Source: Candidatus Harpocratesius repetitus (GTDB taxonomy: Archaea; Asgardarchaeota; Lokiarchaeia; Sigyniarchaeales; Promethearchaeaceae). From it: a stretch of 32,000 nt of DNA. The translations under genes and the position numbers were made by a program. The notes beneath the pieces are model-generated. The model was given only the letters and a program-made list of their open reading frames with translations. It searched no databases and had not been told where the DNA came from. The stretch is from positions 2,670,001-2,702,000 of the forward strand of contig JAIZWK010000001.1 in NCBI GenBank assembly GCA_021498095.1, read 5' to 3'. Below, piece by piece: positions 17,351 through 26,242 of the stretch; the stretch's first letter is position 1; each line of letters opens with the position of its first letter.

Positions 17351-19189
17351 TTAATCCCGGTAGAACAAGATTTCATCCCAAGGTTGTCGATATAATCGGG
17401 TTCGAAGGCGTTTTTGGTCAAATATATGTCCCATCATACCAATTGATCTACCCAATACAAACAACCCATTTAATGCCTCACTATTAAGTATATCTTGCTT
17501 TTCTTCTTCAGTAAAGCCAAGATTCTCTAATAGATCGAGGAAACAGATTCCAATACATCCATCTACGTTCAAAATTAAATTATTTCGTTTTGAAGTAGTC
17601 AATTTCTCAACTTCTAAAGCATAATCTAAGTATGGATGGGTGGGAAAATTGGAATTTACAAATTTTTTGAGTAATTGGACTCGAACATCAGGGTTTTGCA
17701 CAGATTTAATTCGGTGTCCAATTCCAGGGATATTTTTCTTTTCTACTTTCTTCATGTAATTTATGAATTCCATCGGGGTCATACCCTTATCCTTAGCCAT
17801 TTTGAAATATTTGGCACCGTCACTAATTGCACCGCCAAATCGAGGTCCAATGGTTAAAATTCCAGCAGCTAAGGAAGACATTAAATCTTTTCCTGCACGA
17901 GCCGTAACAATAGCATTATGAGCTCCAGAAACTGCAGGTCCATGATCAGCTGTTAGTTTAATTACCATTTCAATGTATTCTTGAGCATAATCAGGTAATT
18001 CTTTTTTGAACCAAAGCATACCAATAATGTATCCGATAGATTTCTTTTCAGTAATGATTTTATCTAATCCTTTACCATTATAGAGTGGAACATCTCCTCT
18101 ATCATCTGTAATAGTACAAACCATGTCTGTTGGGCGTCGAACTAATCCTTCTTTTACTGCTTGAGCAAAATCCATTGGGATTTTTGGAGGTTCAAATTCT
18201 TCAACAGGATCAATTTTTCCTTCTGCTTTTAATTTTTCAAATGTTTCACGAATCTTATCTCCCAATGTATCATATGTATCAGGAACAATTGCTCCAGCAG
18301 TTTTAAGCGCTGAATTTTTTGCATCAGCTGTTTCTTTATCGCTACCAGCCATTGCACCAGCATGACCAAATTGAAGTCCTTTAGGTAAGATTTTTGCAGC
18401 AGTTCCAGTAACCCAGATAACTAAAGGTTTTGTTATTTTTCCTTCTTTTAACGCATCCACAATCTTATATTCATCTGTACCACCAATTTCTCCTAAACAA
18501 ACAAGCATTTTGATTTTTGGATTATGTTCATAACGTAACAGATGATCAATTAAAGATGCGCCAGGATAACGATCTCCACCAATAGCAATACTTTCATAAA
18601 TTCCATCAGAATTCTGGGAAATCATAAAATTCATTTCATTACTCATACCACCAGATTTTGAAACAAATCCTACTGACCCTGGACGATACAATTTAGAAAG
18701 AATTACGTTTTCAATTGTACCCGCAGTATTTCCAATTCTAAAAGCACCGGCACGAATTCCTCCTACAGTAGCAGGCCCAATTATCCATTTACCCCGTTCT
18801 CGAGCAATTTTTCCTAAAATACGACTTTGTCTTTCAGGAATTCCTTCAGCAATGATAGCAACGGTTTTGATTGAATCGAGCTCTAAAGCTTCTTTACTGG
18901 TTTCAAAAGCAGATCTGAATGAAGCAAAGTTTACAACTACACTTGCATTAGGATGCTTTTGTGCAGCTAAAGAAAGATCTTTATAAACAGGTATGATAAT
19001 TTCATGTGTGCCAAAGAAAACTTTGTGATATGCAATATAATCAGTCTGAGTGGGACGAATAACTGCTGCCACACTTGGAGTTTTCCGTTTGCAAACATAA
19101 TCAAAATCAATCATTCGTTGGATCGCACGGGTTTGAAATCCATAGACAATGGCTTGAGTATTCTCATCAAATAATTCGTATTCTTCCAT
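17351..19189 (-). CDS. aclA: ATP-citrate lyase large (alpha) subunit: CoA-binding, phospho-His and citryl-CoA lyase domains
   Basis: DFDYVCKRKTPSVAA, IIGPATVGGI, SKSGGMSNE, phospho-His loop QFGHAGA, ADHGPAVSGAHN, GPRFGGA, IPGIGHRIKS, LNVDG and RSIGMMGH..DQKR motifs; 612 aa. Confidence 0.95.
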   Translation of the reverse strand: MEEYELFDENTQAIVYGFQTRAIQRMIDFDYVCKRKTPSVAAVIRPTQTDYIAYHKVFFGTHEIIIPVYKDLSLAAQKHPNASVVVNFASFRSAFETSKEALELDSIKTVAIIAEGIPERQSRILGKIARERGKWIIGPATVGGIRAGAFRIGNTAGTIENVILSKLYRPGSVGFVSKSGGMSNEMNFMISQNSDGIYESIAIGGDRYPGASLIDHLLRYEHNPKIKMLVCLGEIGGTDEYKIVDALKEGKITKPLVIWVTGTAAKILPKGLQFGHAGAMAGSDKETADAKNSALKTAGAIVPDTYDTLGDKIRETFEKLKAEGKIDPVEEFEPPKIPMDFAQAVKEGLVRRPTDMVCTITDDRGDVPLYNGKGLDKIITEKKSIGYIIGMLWFKKELPDYAQEYIEMVIKLTADHGPAVSGAHNAIVTARAGKDLMSSLAAGILTIGPRFGGAISDGAKYFKMAKDKGMTPMEFINYMKKVEKKNIPGIGHRIKSVQNPDVRVQLLKKFVNSNFPTHPYLDYALEVEKLTTSKRNNLILNVDGCIGICFLDLLENLGFTEEEKQDILNSEALNGLFVLGRSIGMMGHIFDQKRLRTRLYRQPWDEILFYRD

Positions 19190-19190
19190 T

Positions 19191-20474
19191 TTAGTTTCCT
19201 CCTTTCAATGCAATCGGCACTATTCGTGTCAATGGTGTATATCGATCATATACTTCAATTGGTATGTCTAATTCTTTTCCAATATCTTTCATCATTTGTA
19301 AACCTTCTTTTTCATATGGACCACCTCGACGAACGTAAATTTTTACATTCGCCTTTTTCAAAGCATCAACTTTTTTGCGAAATGCATTTACAATTCCAGC
19401 AAAAGTTGCTTTAACATTGGTGAAGTTTGCAATACCACCAGCAATGAAAAGATATTTAGGTTTACCTTCAGGGTCTGGATTACGAGTCATTAGATCAATA
19501 ACCGTTTCTGCATAGATTTCAGTATGCTCTAATGAAGGATTACCGGAATATTCTCCATAATTGCTTAATTCATTTCCGAATCCAAGGTCAGCAATAGTAT
19601 CAGTAAAAATAACCGATGCACCTCCTCCGGAAAGAAGGGTCCAGATATGCCCATTTGGATTAATTATTCTTAATTTTAAAGAAGCACCTGTTTTTTCATC
19701 CAATTCAGCTATTTTTTGTTCTTCAGGTGTTAATTCTTGCCCGAATCCTCCAGGAAATTCAATAGGGTTTTCTGGATTGCCCCATGTATCTGGATGCAAG
19801 AAATAAGCTGTATTATCTAAACGAGATTTCAAATCTAAAGGTACTATTTGTTTATCTTCAGAAATTGCAAATGGATTAATTTCCAAGAAAGCAAAATCTT
19901 GATCTTGATAAACATGTAGTAATCCTTTAATGAATTTCTCGACTAAATCGGATAGATCGCCCAAATCTGGTAATTTCCCTTTAAAATCGAAATTATCAAT
20001 ATCGGCATCAAAAGGAACGGGAATATGAGCAACTTTATCCCAATTTTCTTCTACGAAGATTCCTCCTTCAACTGAGAAATGAATGATATCGTGATCTCTA
20101 TCTGATGTTATTGAAACATAATATTCTGTTTTATGAGGAACAAATGGTTCAACTAATAATCTTTTTAAAACGCCTTTTTTTCCACGAATTTCAAATGTTT
20201 TTCCAAGTTTTTCGGCTGCAAATTGTTTTAATTGGTCAAAATTTCCATCCAATAACAACAAATTTGCTTTCCCGCGTTTACCAAACAGCTGATCAGGTTT
20301 TGCTACCAATCGATCAGTTTTCAACCAGGGCTGCTTTTCAGCTAGAGCATCAATATCGGTTTCCGGAGTAAGGATTGCTAATTTATTATGAAATTTAAAT
20401 TCCGGAAAATACTTTGGGAGCTGGCTTGCAATAAGCTTTTTTCCATCATATTCATAAATTGGTTTTTGTGCCAT
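19191..20474 (-). CDS. aclB: ATP-citrate lyase small (beta) subunit: ATP-grasp and citrate-binding domains
   Basis: [51 protein letters not shown], citrate-binding loop GGIANFT (which distinguishes it from succinyl-CoA synthetase beta) and VRRGGP motifs; 427 aa. Confidence 0.95.
   Translation of the reverse strand: [427 protein letters not shown]
19198..19202 (-). promoter_or_regulatory. Shine-Dalgarno GGAGG for aclA inside the last codons of aclB (probable translational coupling)
   Basis: Minus strand reads gga gga aac TAA a ATG. GGAGG is 8 nt before the aclA start, and only 1 nt separates the two genes. Confidence 0.7.
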
Positions 20475-20558
20475 TGTAGGTCTACTTGTTTTATTTATTT
20501 CTTTTTCTGATTTGTAAGTTGAAAAATAAAAAAATTATAAAAGACATTTGGAAAAAAA

Positions 20559-22499
20559 TTATTTTAATTTTGAGCTTACGTAGGTAAGTTTTCCACCAGC
20601 TAAGATTATTTCTCTGTCTCGCTCTGAAAGATCATAAGTGACAGGAATCTCAATATTTTGAGTAAGATTTTTCACGATAATAGGCTTTGAACCTTCCTTT
20701 AATGCTGTAGCAATACTCAAAATAGCCAGTTTATCTCCTTGGTTAATTTTATCGTAATCATCTGGATTTTCAAAAGTTAATGGAACTATTCCAAAATTTA
20801 CTAAATTGTCCCTATGAATTCGAGCAAAAGATTTAGCAATTTTAAATTTAATACCTAAGTACATAGGAGCCAATGCCGCGTGTTCACGACTTGATCCTTG
20901 TCCATAATTTTCTGCAGCAATAATTGCACCACCTTTATTTTCTTTTGCTTTCATTGCGCGTCCATAAAAATCAGGATCAATTTGCTCAAAAACATGCTTA
21001 CTGATTTCTGGCAAATTTGAGCGTAAAGGTAGTATTTTTGCACCAGCAGGCATAATATGATCAGTTGTAATATTATCTTCTACCTTCATTACTACTTCAA
21101 CTTCTTCAAAATTTTCTGGAAGTGGTTCAAATTCAGGTAAAGGTGCAATATTTGGACCTCTAATAATCTCAATTTCTGAACCATCAGTCGGTGGTTCTAA
21201 GATCATGGAATCATCAATATGAATCTCGTCAGGAAAAGTGAACGTAGGGTATGTTCCTAATTTTTTTGGATCGGTAAATTCACCAAAAACAGCTGCAGCT
21301 ACAGCCACTTCAGGACTGGTAAGGTAAGCATTAGCTGTTTTATTACCTGTTCGACCGAAGAAATTTCGATTAAAAGTTCTTACAACGGTAGCATTTGTCT
21401 TTGGAGCAAATCCCATTCCTATACATGGTCCACAAGCTGATTCTAAAATTCGAGCTCCAGATGAAACAATATTTGCCAAAGCACCATCTCGAGCAATTTG
21501 TTCCAATACTTGACGTGATCCAGGTGCTATTCCCAAAACGGTATGAGGTGCAATTTTTTTACCTTTCAATAAAGCAGCAACTGTCTCCAAATCTTTTAAG
21601 GAAGAATTTGTACAAGACCCAATCGCAACTTGATCAACTTTCATACCAATTAATTCTGATAATGGTACGACATTTCCAGGTGAGTGAGGCTTTGCTACTA
21701 AAGGTTCAATTGCAGATAAATCAATTTCAATTATTTCGTCATAATCTTCGTCAGAACCAGCAGGAATTTCAACCCATTGATCTTCTCGACCTTCTAACTT
21801 TAAGAATTGGCGAGTTACTTCATCACTTGGAAAGATAGAAGTCGTTGCACCCGTTTCAGCACCCATGTTTGTAATAGTTGCTCGTTCAGGTACGCTTAAA
21901 GTTTTAATTCCTGGGCCAAAATATTCGAGTATTTTACCCACTCCTCCTTTGACGCTAATTCTACGTAGAACTTCCAAAATAACATCTTTGGCAGTTACAT
22001 ATTCTTGAAGTTGGCCCGTTAATTTAATTCCAACAATTTTGGGTGTTTTAAGGTAAAATAAACCTCCACCCATCGCAACAGCAACGTCTAATCCACCTAC
22101 TCCTATGGCAATTTGACCCATTCCACCTGCAGTAGGTGTGTGGGAATCAGACCCGACCAATGTTTTCCCAGGTCGTGCAAAACGTTCTAAAAAGACTTGG
22201 TGGCAAATTCCATTCCCAGGTCGGGAAAATTTAATGCCAAATTTGGCAGCAACAGATTGTAAATAACGATGGTCATCTGGATTTTTAAAATCAGTTTGTA
22301 AGGTATTATGATCAACAAAAGAAACAGATAATTCAGTTTTAACGCGATCCAATTTCATTGCTTCAAATTGCAAATAAGCCATAGTTCCGGTCGCATCTTG
22401 TGTTAACGTTTGATCAATTTTAATGCCTATTTCTTTCCCAATTTCAAAAGTTCCTTCGACCATATGATCTTGAAGTATTTTTTTCGCGATTGAGCCCAT
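20559..22499 (-). CDS. acnA: Aconitate hydratase (about 640-aa type)
   Basis: TQDATG, VDHN, GNGICHQ, GSDSHT, IGSCTN, ACGPCIG (three Fe-S cysteines), NRNF, TDHI and YGQGSSREHA motifs. Confidence 0.93.
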   Translation of the reverse strand: MGSIAKKILQDHMVEGTFEIGKEIGIKIDQTLTQDATGTMAYLQFEAMKLDRVKTELSVSFVDHNTLQTDFKNPDDHRYLQSVAAKFGIKFSRPGNGICHQVFLERFARPGKTLVGSDSHTPTAGGMGQIAIGVGGLDVAVAMGGGLFYLKTPKIVGIKLTGQLQEYVTAKDVILEVLRRISVKGGVGKILEYFGPGIKTLSVPERATITNMGAETGATTSIFPSDEVTRQFLKLEGREDQWVEIPAGSDEDYDEIIEIDLSAIEPLVAKPHSPGNVVPLSELIGMKVDQVAIGSCTNSSLKDLETVAALLKGKKIAPHTVLGIAPGSRQVLEQIARDGALANIVSSGARILESACGPCIGMGFAPKTNATVVRTFNRNFFGRTGNKTANAYLTSPEVAVAAAVFGEFTDPKKLGTYPTFTFPDEIHIDDSMILEPPTDGSEIEIIRGPNIAPLPEFEPLPENFEEVEVVMKVEDNITTDHIMPAGAKILPLRSNLPEISKHVFEQIDPDFYGRAMKAKENKGGAIIAAENYGQGSSREHAALAPMYLGIKFKIAKSFARIHRDNLVNFGIVPLTFENPDDYDKINQGDKLAILSIATALKEGSKPIIVKNLTQNIEIPVTYDLSERDREIILAGGKLTYVSSKLK

Positions 22500-22528
22500 T
22501 TTTTTTGATCATCTCAAAAATTGAAAAT

Positions 22529-22547
22529 GTAGGGCAATGGTCCCTAC
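22529..22547. promoter_or_regulatory. GC-rich dyad GTAGGG-N7-CCCTAC upstream of aconitase; candidate operator or 5'-UTR hairpin
   Basis: Perfect 6-bp inverted repeat in an otherwise very AT-rich intergenic region, 30-48 nt upstream of the ATG. A TATA-like TTTATATT on the minus strand lies at about 22563-22556. Confidence 0.4.
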
Positions 22548-22679
22548 TTGATATAATATAAAGAAGATCAATTTTTAAAATTTCACTTACTCGATTTCAA
22601 GATCACAAATTATAAGATGATATTTTGGTTTCATGTTAGATAATATAATGAAATTTGCTCATTATTTCTGATTCGAGGA

Positions 22680-23378
22680 TCATTTTTCAGAATTTAGGGG
22701 GATGTTATCAATGCAGTGCTTCCCGAACATTTTTGGATTATTATGAATTTCTTCTAGAAATGAAGTGTCGTAGACCGAGTTCCATTGCGGCACGGAAATA
22801 CCGATACTAGTGGGAGGATATACTTCGATGCGCTGAATAGAGGAATTATGAAATAGGCTGTTGGGCAACGAGCGCAGATTTTTCGAATTATAAAAACAGA
22901 GTGTACGAAAAACGGGTAGATGTTCAAATAAATCAGGTAATTTTGAAACAAGGGGTAAATAAAGATAGAGCGCTCTGAGTTTGGGATGGCAAGTAAAAAA
23001 ATCGGCCCGAAACGAAATCAGATTGTAAAGAATCAAGGTAACGGTTTCTAATTGGGCCAAATGGTTAATCCATTCGGGCAGTTCGGTAAGAAACTGGTCT
23101 TCCAAATAGAGATGTTCAGTAGTGGGAAATAAATCGGGAAAGTGGGTTAAATGAGCCCAGATTTTATTTGTTGGAGTACGGTGAATACCAGCCAGATATA
23201 GCATATTAAAATATTTGAAATTAAAATCGGGGCCAAACACACCGTTTGTTTTCATGTATGGAGGATCTTGGGGATCAAAATCGACATTGGGGTCTTCCCA
23301 CATTACTTTCAAGCGCTGCAGAAAGCGGGCTTGGTCTGATGTGAGTTCAAGATAGGGAATGCGAAGAGTTTTAATCAA
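22680..23378 (-). CDS. Leucine-rich repeat protein (about 4 degenerate LRRs)
   Basis: HLYLEDQFLTELPEWINHLAQLETVTL, KLRALYLYLPLVSKLPDLF and TLCFYNSKNLRSLPNSL units. TTG start; many G/C-ending codons. Confidence 0.72.
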   Translation of the reverse strand: MIKTLRIPYLELTSDQARFLQRLKVMWEDPNVDFDPQDPPYMKTNGVFGPDFNFKYFNMLYLAGIHRTPTNKIWAHLTHFPDLFPTTEHLYLEDQFLTELPEWINHLAQLETVTLILYNLISFRADFFTCHPKLRALYLYLPLVSKLPDLFEHLPVFRTLCFYNSKNLRSLPNSLFHNSSIQRIEVYPPTSIGISVPQWNSVYDTSFLEEIHNNPKMFGKHCIDNIPLNSEK

Positions 23379-23532
23379 AAACTAAAATTATCCAAAATTT
23401 CGAAAAAAAGGTATTGTAATCAAAATAATGGTTAGATTATCGAAAAAAATATACCTTTACATGAAAAAATTCGTATGTTGTAAAAAATAATTTTAGCAAA
23501 AATTTGAAAAAAAAGATAACAAATTTATTAAT

Positions 23533-24456
23533 TTATTTTCCAAAAAGTTTTCGTTTTCCTTTAGTTTTGGGCATTTTTTTAGCAATATCTTGCTCGAATA
23601 AATTATCTAGATAAAAATTTACATGAAACCTGTGATATAAAATTTGCGCAATTAAATGAAGACCGTAGTCTGAAATTTGATTTGGAAATTCTCTTTCTGC
23701 TGCTGATTTTAAATCTTCAAGGTAAATTAATTTTGGTTTGTATTCATGAATTTTTCCCAATTTACGATAATAACGTCTATCTAACCTTTCCCATTCTTGG
23801 AAAATTTCGTAGATCTTGTTTGCGTACTTAAAAAGTGTTTCTAAGGCATCCCTCATAACTTCAATTTGCATTTCAGGATCTAGAATATCAAGTGCTTTCT
23901 CAATTAGTTCTTTTTCAAATTTAAACGGTATAGATTCCCAAGAAATGTTTTTAACTTTATTTTCTGTAGTGATCACTAAAGCTTGATCTGTTTTTCCCAT
24001 CAATTGGGATTCATCTTGCATTTCACTGAAGAGAAATGGATTTCTAATTTCATTTGGTAAAATTTGATTGAAAAAATGATTTAAATACATTGCTTGATTT
24101 AGAGATGAATCTTGATGAGATAAAATAATTATAGGAGTTTCTATGATTACAGCATGGAAAAGCAATAAAGTTATTTCTTCACCGTATTTTTCGAGTATCT
24201 GTGTTAATAATAATTTTTGTGATTTTCGATTAATTTTTTTTGAAATATCTGCGATCATATCGATGATTTCATAACCCACAACTTTTAATGAAGGTGAAAT
24301 AAACGCGACAAAAGAATGTTCACAGCAAACTCCAGAATCAATCTGCACTTTCTTCAGAGATTTTGAATCTTTTTCAAAAATGAAGCGTGGAAGTTTCACT
24401 TTCTTTTGAGTATGACAAGTAGGGCATTCTAAATTTAACCATATTTCTTCGCTCAT
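23533..24456 (-). CDS. Hypothetical protein: N-terminal CxxC...CxH zinc-binding module plus a possible DENN-like alpha/beta core
   Basis: ECPTCHTQKKV...CCEHSFVAFI...GYEIID at the N-terminus; LLFHAVIIETPIIILS...L segment. The ORF is secure; the domain call is tentative. Confidence 0.6.
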   Translation of the reverse strand: MSEEIWLNLECPTCHTQKKVKLPRFIFEKDSKSLKKVQIDSGVCCEHSFVAFISPSLKVVGYEIIDMIADISKKINRKSQKLLLTQILEKYGEEITLLLFHAVIIETPIIILSHQDSSLNQAMYLNHFFNQILPNEIRNPFLFSEMQDESQLMGKTDQALVITTENKVKNISWESIPFKFEKELIEKALDILDPEMQIEVMRDALETLFKYANKIYEIFQEWERLDRRYYRKLGKIHEYKPKLIYLEDLKSAAEREFPNQISDYGLHLIAQILYHRFHVNFYLDNLFEQDIAKKMPKTKGKRKLFGK

Positions 24457-24673
24457 TTGATTTTCACATCTTTAGTTATTAATATTTAGATTCTTAAAAA
24501 TTGTGGTATTTTTGAGAAGATATTATTGTTATCAAAAATATTCTCTGAATTTCAAAATATATATCATTGTAAATGATACATTTTCTCAGAGGCAATTAAT
24601 ATTAACTAAATTTAAAAAAAAGAATTCAAAATTTTTTTAAATGGTCAGAAGTATTTTTAAAAGATGATGAAAA

Positions 24674-26104
24674 ATGAAGTTTAAAGAAATTATAAATTCT
24701 TGGAGCACTAAAAAACGTATTTTGGTGTTAATTAGCTTTATTTTCTCTTTTTCAACGTTAGCTTTAGTAATATGGGTTATGTTATTGCATCGAAATATGG
24801 ATCTTTTTAAATGGAATCCAGCTCAAAATAATATATTCATTTTTATTTGCTTAATTGCTGGTTTAATCCCTATAGGTTTTATAACGGATTTTTTTATTAG
24901 AGCATTAAAAGTAAGTTCACCAAAAAAAATTCCAGGAAAATACATCTATGCTCTGGTTTTAATTGGAATAATTTTGCCTAGTGCATATTTAGTTTATTTA
25001 TCACCATACAAACATGTAGGAGATAAAGCACCTGAATTGATGATTATTGATCAACCAGGATCCAGTGGATTTCCTAATTTAGCGGTTATATTTTATACCC
25101 AAAAAGGAACAATAAATTGGGTTAGATATGGAACAACTACTGATATGAATAATCGAATAGACGAAAATAGCAAATCAAAGACTCACGCTTTTGTACTAGC
25201 TGATTTGACTCCGGATACTCTTTACTTTTACCAAATCAATGGAGAAGGCACTATTTATAATTTTACATATTTTCCTTCATCAATAGAAAATTTACGTTTT
25301 GGTATTAGCTCTGATGCTCATATTGGATTAGAAGAAGCGAATCGAACCGCTACAATTAATATTTTAAAACAAATGATTAATCCAGCTAATCATTTTAGTG
25401 CGTTTTTCTGTTTGGGTGATATTGTCGATATGGGAAACGATGATTCAATGTATAAAGAACAAATCGATCTATTTTCCCAATACACCACATTAATCCCATA
25501 TCGAAACGTAGTTGGAAATCATGATGCATGGTTTGGTGGTATTGAATTTTGGAAAGAATATTTCTATCCATCTCAAACTCCTAATAATTCTAGTGATTCT
25601 CAATTATGGCATCAATTTGATTTTGGAACAAATATTCATATATTCACATTAGATTTAGAATGGGGAACTGAAACTTATACAAAAGAGCAGCAAACATGGT
25701 TTGAAAACAAGCTTAAAGCACTTGATCCAGATGATTGGATTATCGTTATGAACCATGCATATTATTATGCATCCAGTACTGAATATCAAGGCGTCCCTTG
25801 GTATGATAATCCTGATATGATTAATACCTTTCAAGCGCTTTTCAAACAATATGGTGTAGATATGGTGTTTTCAGGGCACGATCATCAAATGGAACATATC
25901 GATCAAGAAGGTGTGAATTATTTTATCGTTGGAGCGATGGGAGGTCCCCATGATCTTGATCCAACTTATTATTCACAAAATTCAATGTTTTTTGATAATA
26001 CACATTTCGGATTTGCTGATGTGCAATTCAACAATGGAAATGTAACTGTCTCTTTTAGAACTCCTGAAAACGTTCTTCTTTATAATGTAACTATCTCTAA
26101 ATAG
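24674..26104 (+). CDS. Membrane-anchored metallophosphoesterase (purple acid phosphatase-like, with FN3-like domain)
   Basis: Three N-terminal TM segments; H..VLADLTPDTLYFYQI FN3-like motif; the five calcineurin-fold motifs SDAH, GDIVD, GNHD, MNH and GHDH. Confidence 0.9.
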   Translation: MKFKEIINSWSTKKRILVLISFIFSFSTLALVIWVMLLHRNMDLFKWNPAQNNIFIFICLIAGLIPIGFITDFFIRALKVSSPKKIPGKYIYALVLIGIILPSAYLVYLSPYKHVGDKAPELMIIDQPGSSGFPNLAVIFYTQKGTINWVRYGTTTDMNNRIDENSKSKTHAFVLADLTPDTLYFYQINGEGTIYNFTYFPSSIENLRFGISSDAHIGLEEANRTATINILKQMINPANHFSAFFCLGDIVDMGNDDSMYKEQIDLFSQYTTLIPYRNVVGNHDAWFGGIEFWKEYFYPSQTPNNSSDSQLWHQFDFGTNIHIFTLDLEWGTETYTKEQQTWFENKLKALDPDDWIIVMNHAYYYASSTEYQGVPWYDNPDMINTFQALFKQYGVDMVFSGHDHQMEHIDQEGVNYFIVGAMGGPHDLDPTYYSQNSMFFDNTHFGFADVQFNNGNVTVSFRTPENVLLYNVTISK

Positions 26105-26242
26105 TTACTATTTTTTATTTTCTTTTATATTTACAGATTATTTTCAAAAGCGGCTTATGAAATTGTATTTTGAAGAATTGTTAAAAATAGAATTTGATGA
26201 AAGAATTTTTATTTTTCACGAAATTGTTGCTTTTGGTTTATT

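Noticed and set aside
17351-20474. Calling these succinyl-CoA synthetase alpha/beta or citrate synthase
   Set aside because: The large subunit fuses the SCS-alpha-like part to a citryl-CoA lyase domain, and the small subunit has the GGIANFT citrate-binding loop; both are diagnostic of ATP-citrate lyase.
22529-22547. A canonical iron-responsive element
   Set aside because: The loop is ACCAUUG, not CAGUGN; there is no bulged C or lower stem; the dyad may not even be transcribed. Kept only as a generic dyad.
23400-23458. tcgaaaaaaa direct repeat and aaaggtat/ataccttt inverted repeat upstream of the LRR gene as possible mobile-element ends
   Set aside because: Low complexity, no matching end on the other side of the gene, and no target duplication.
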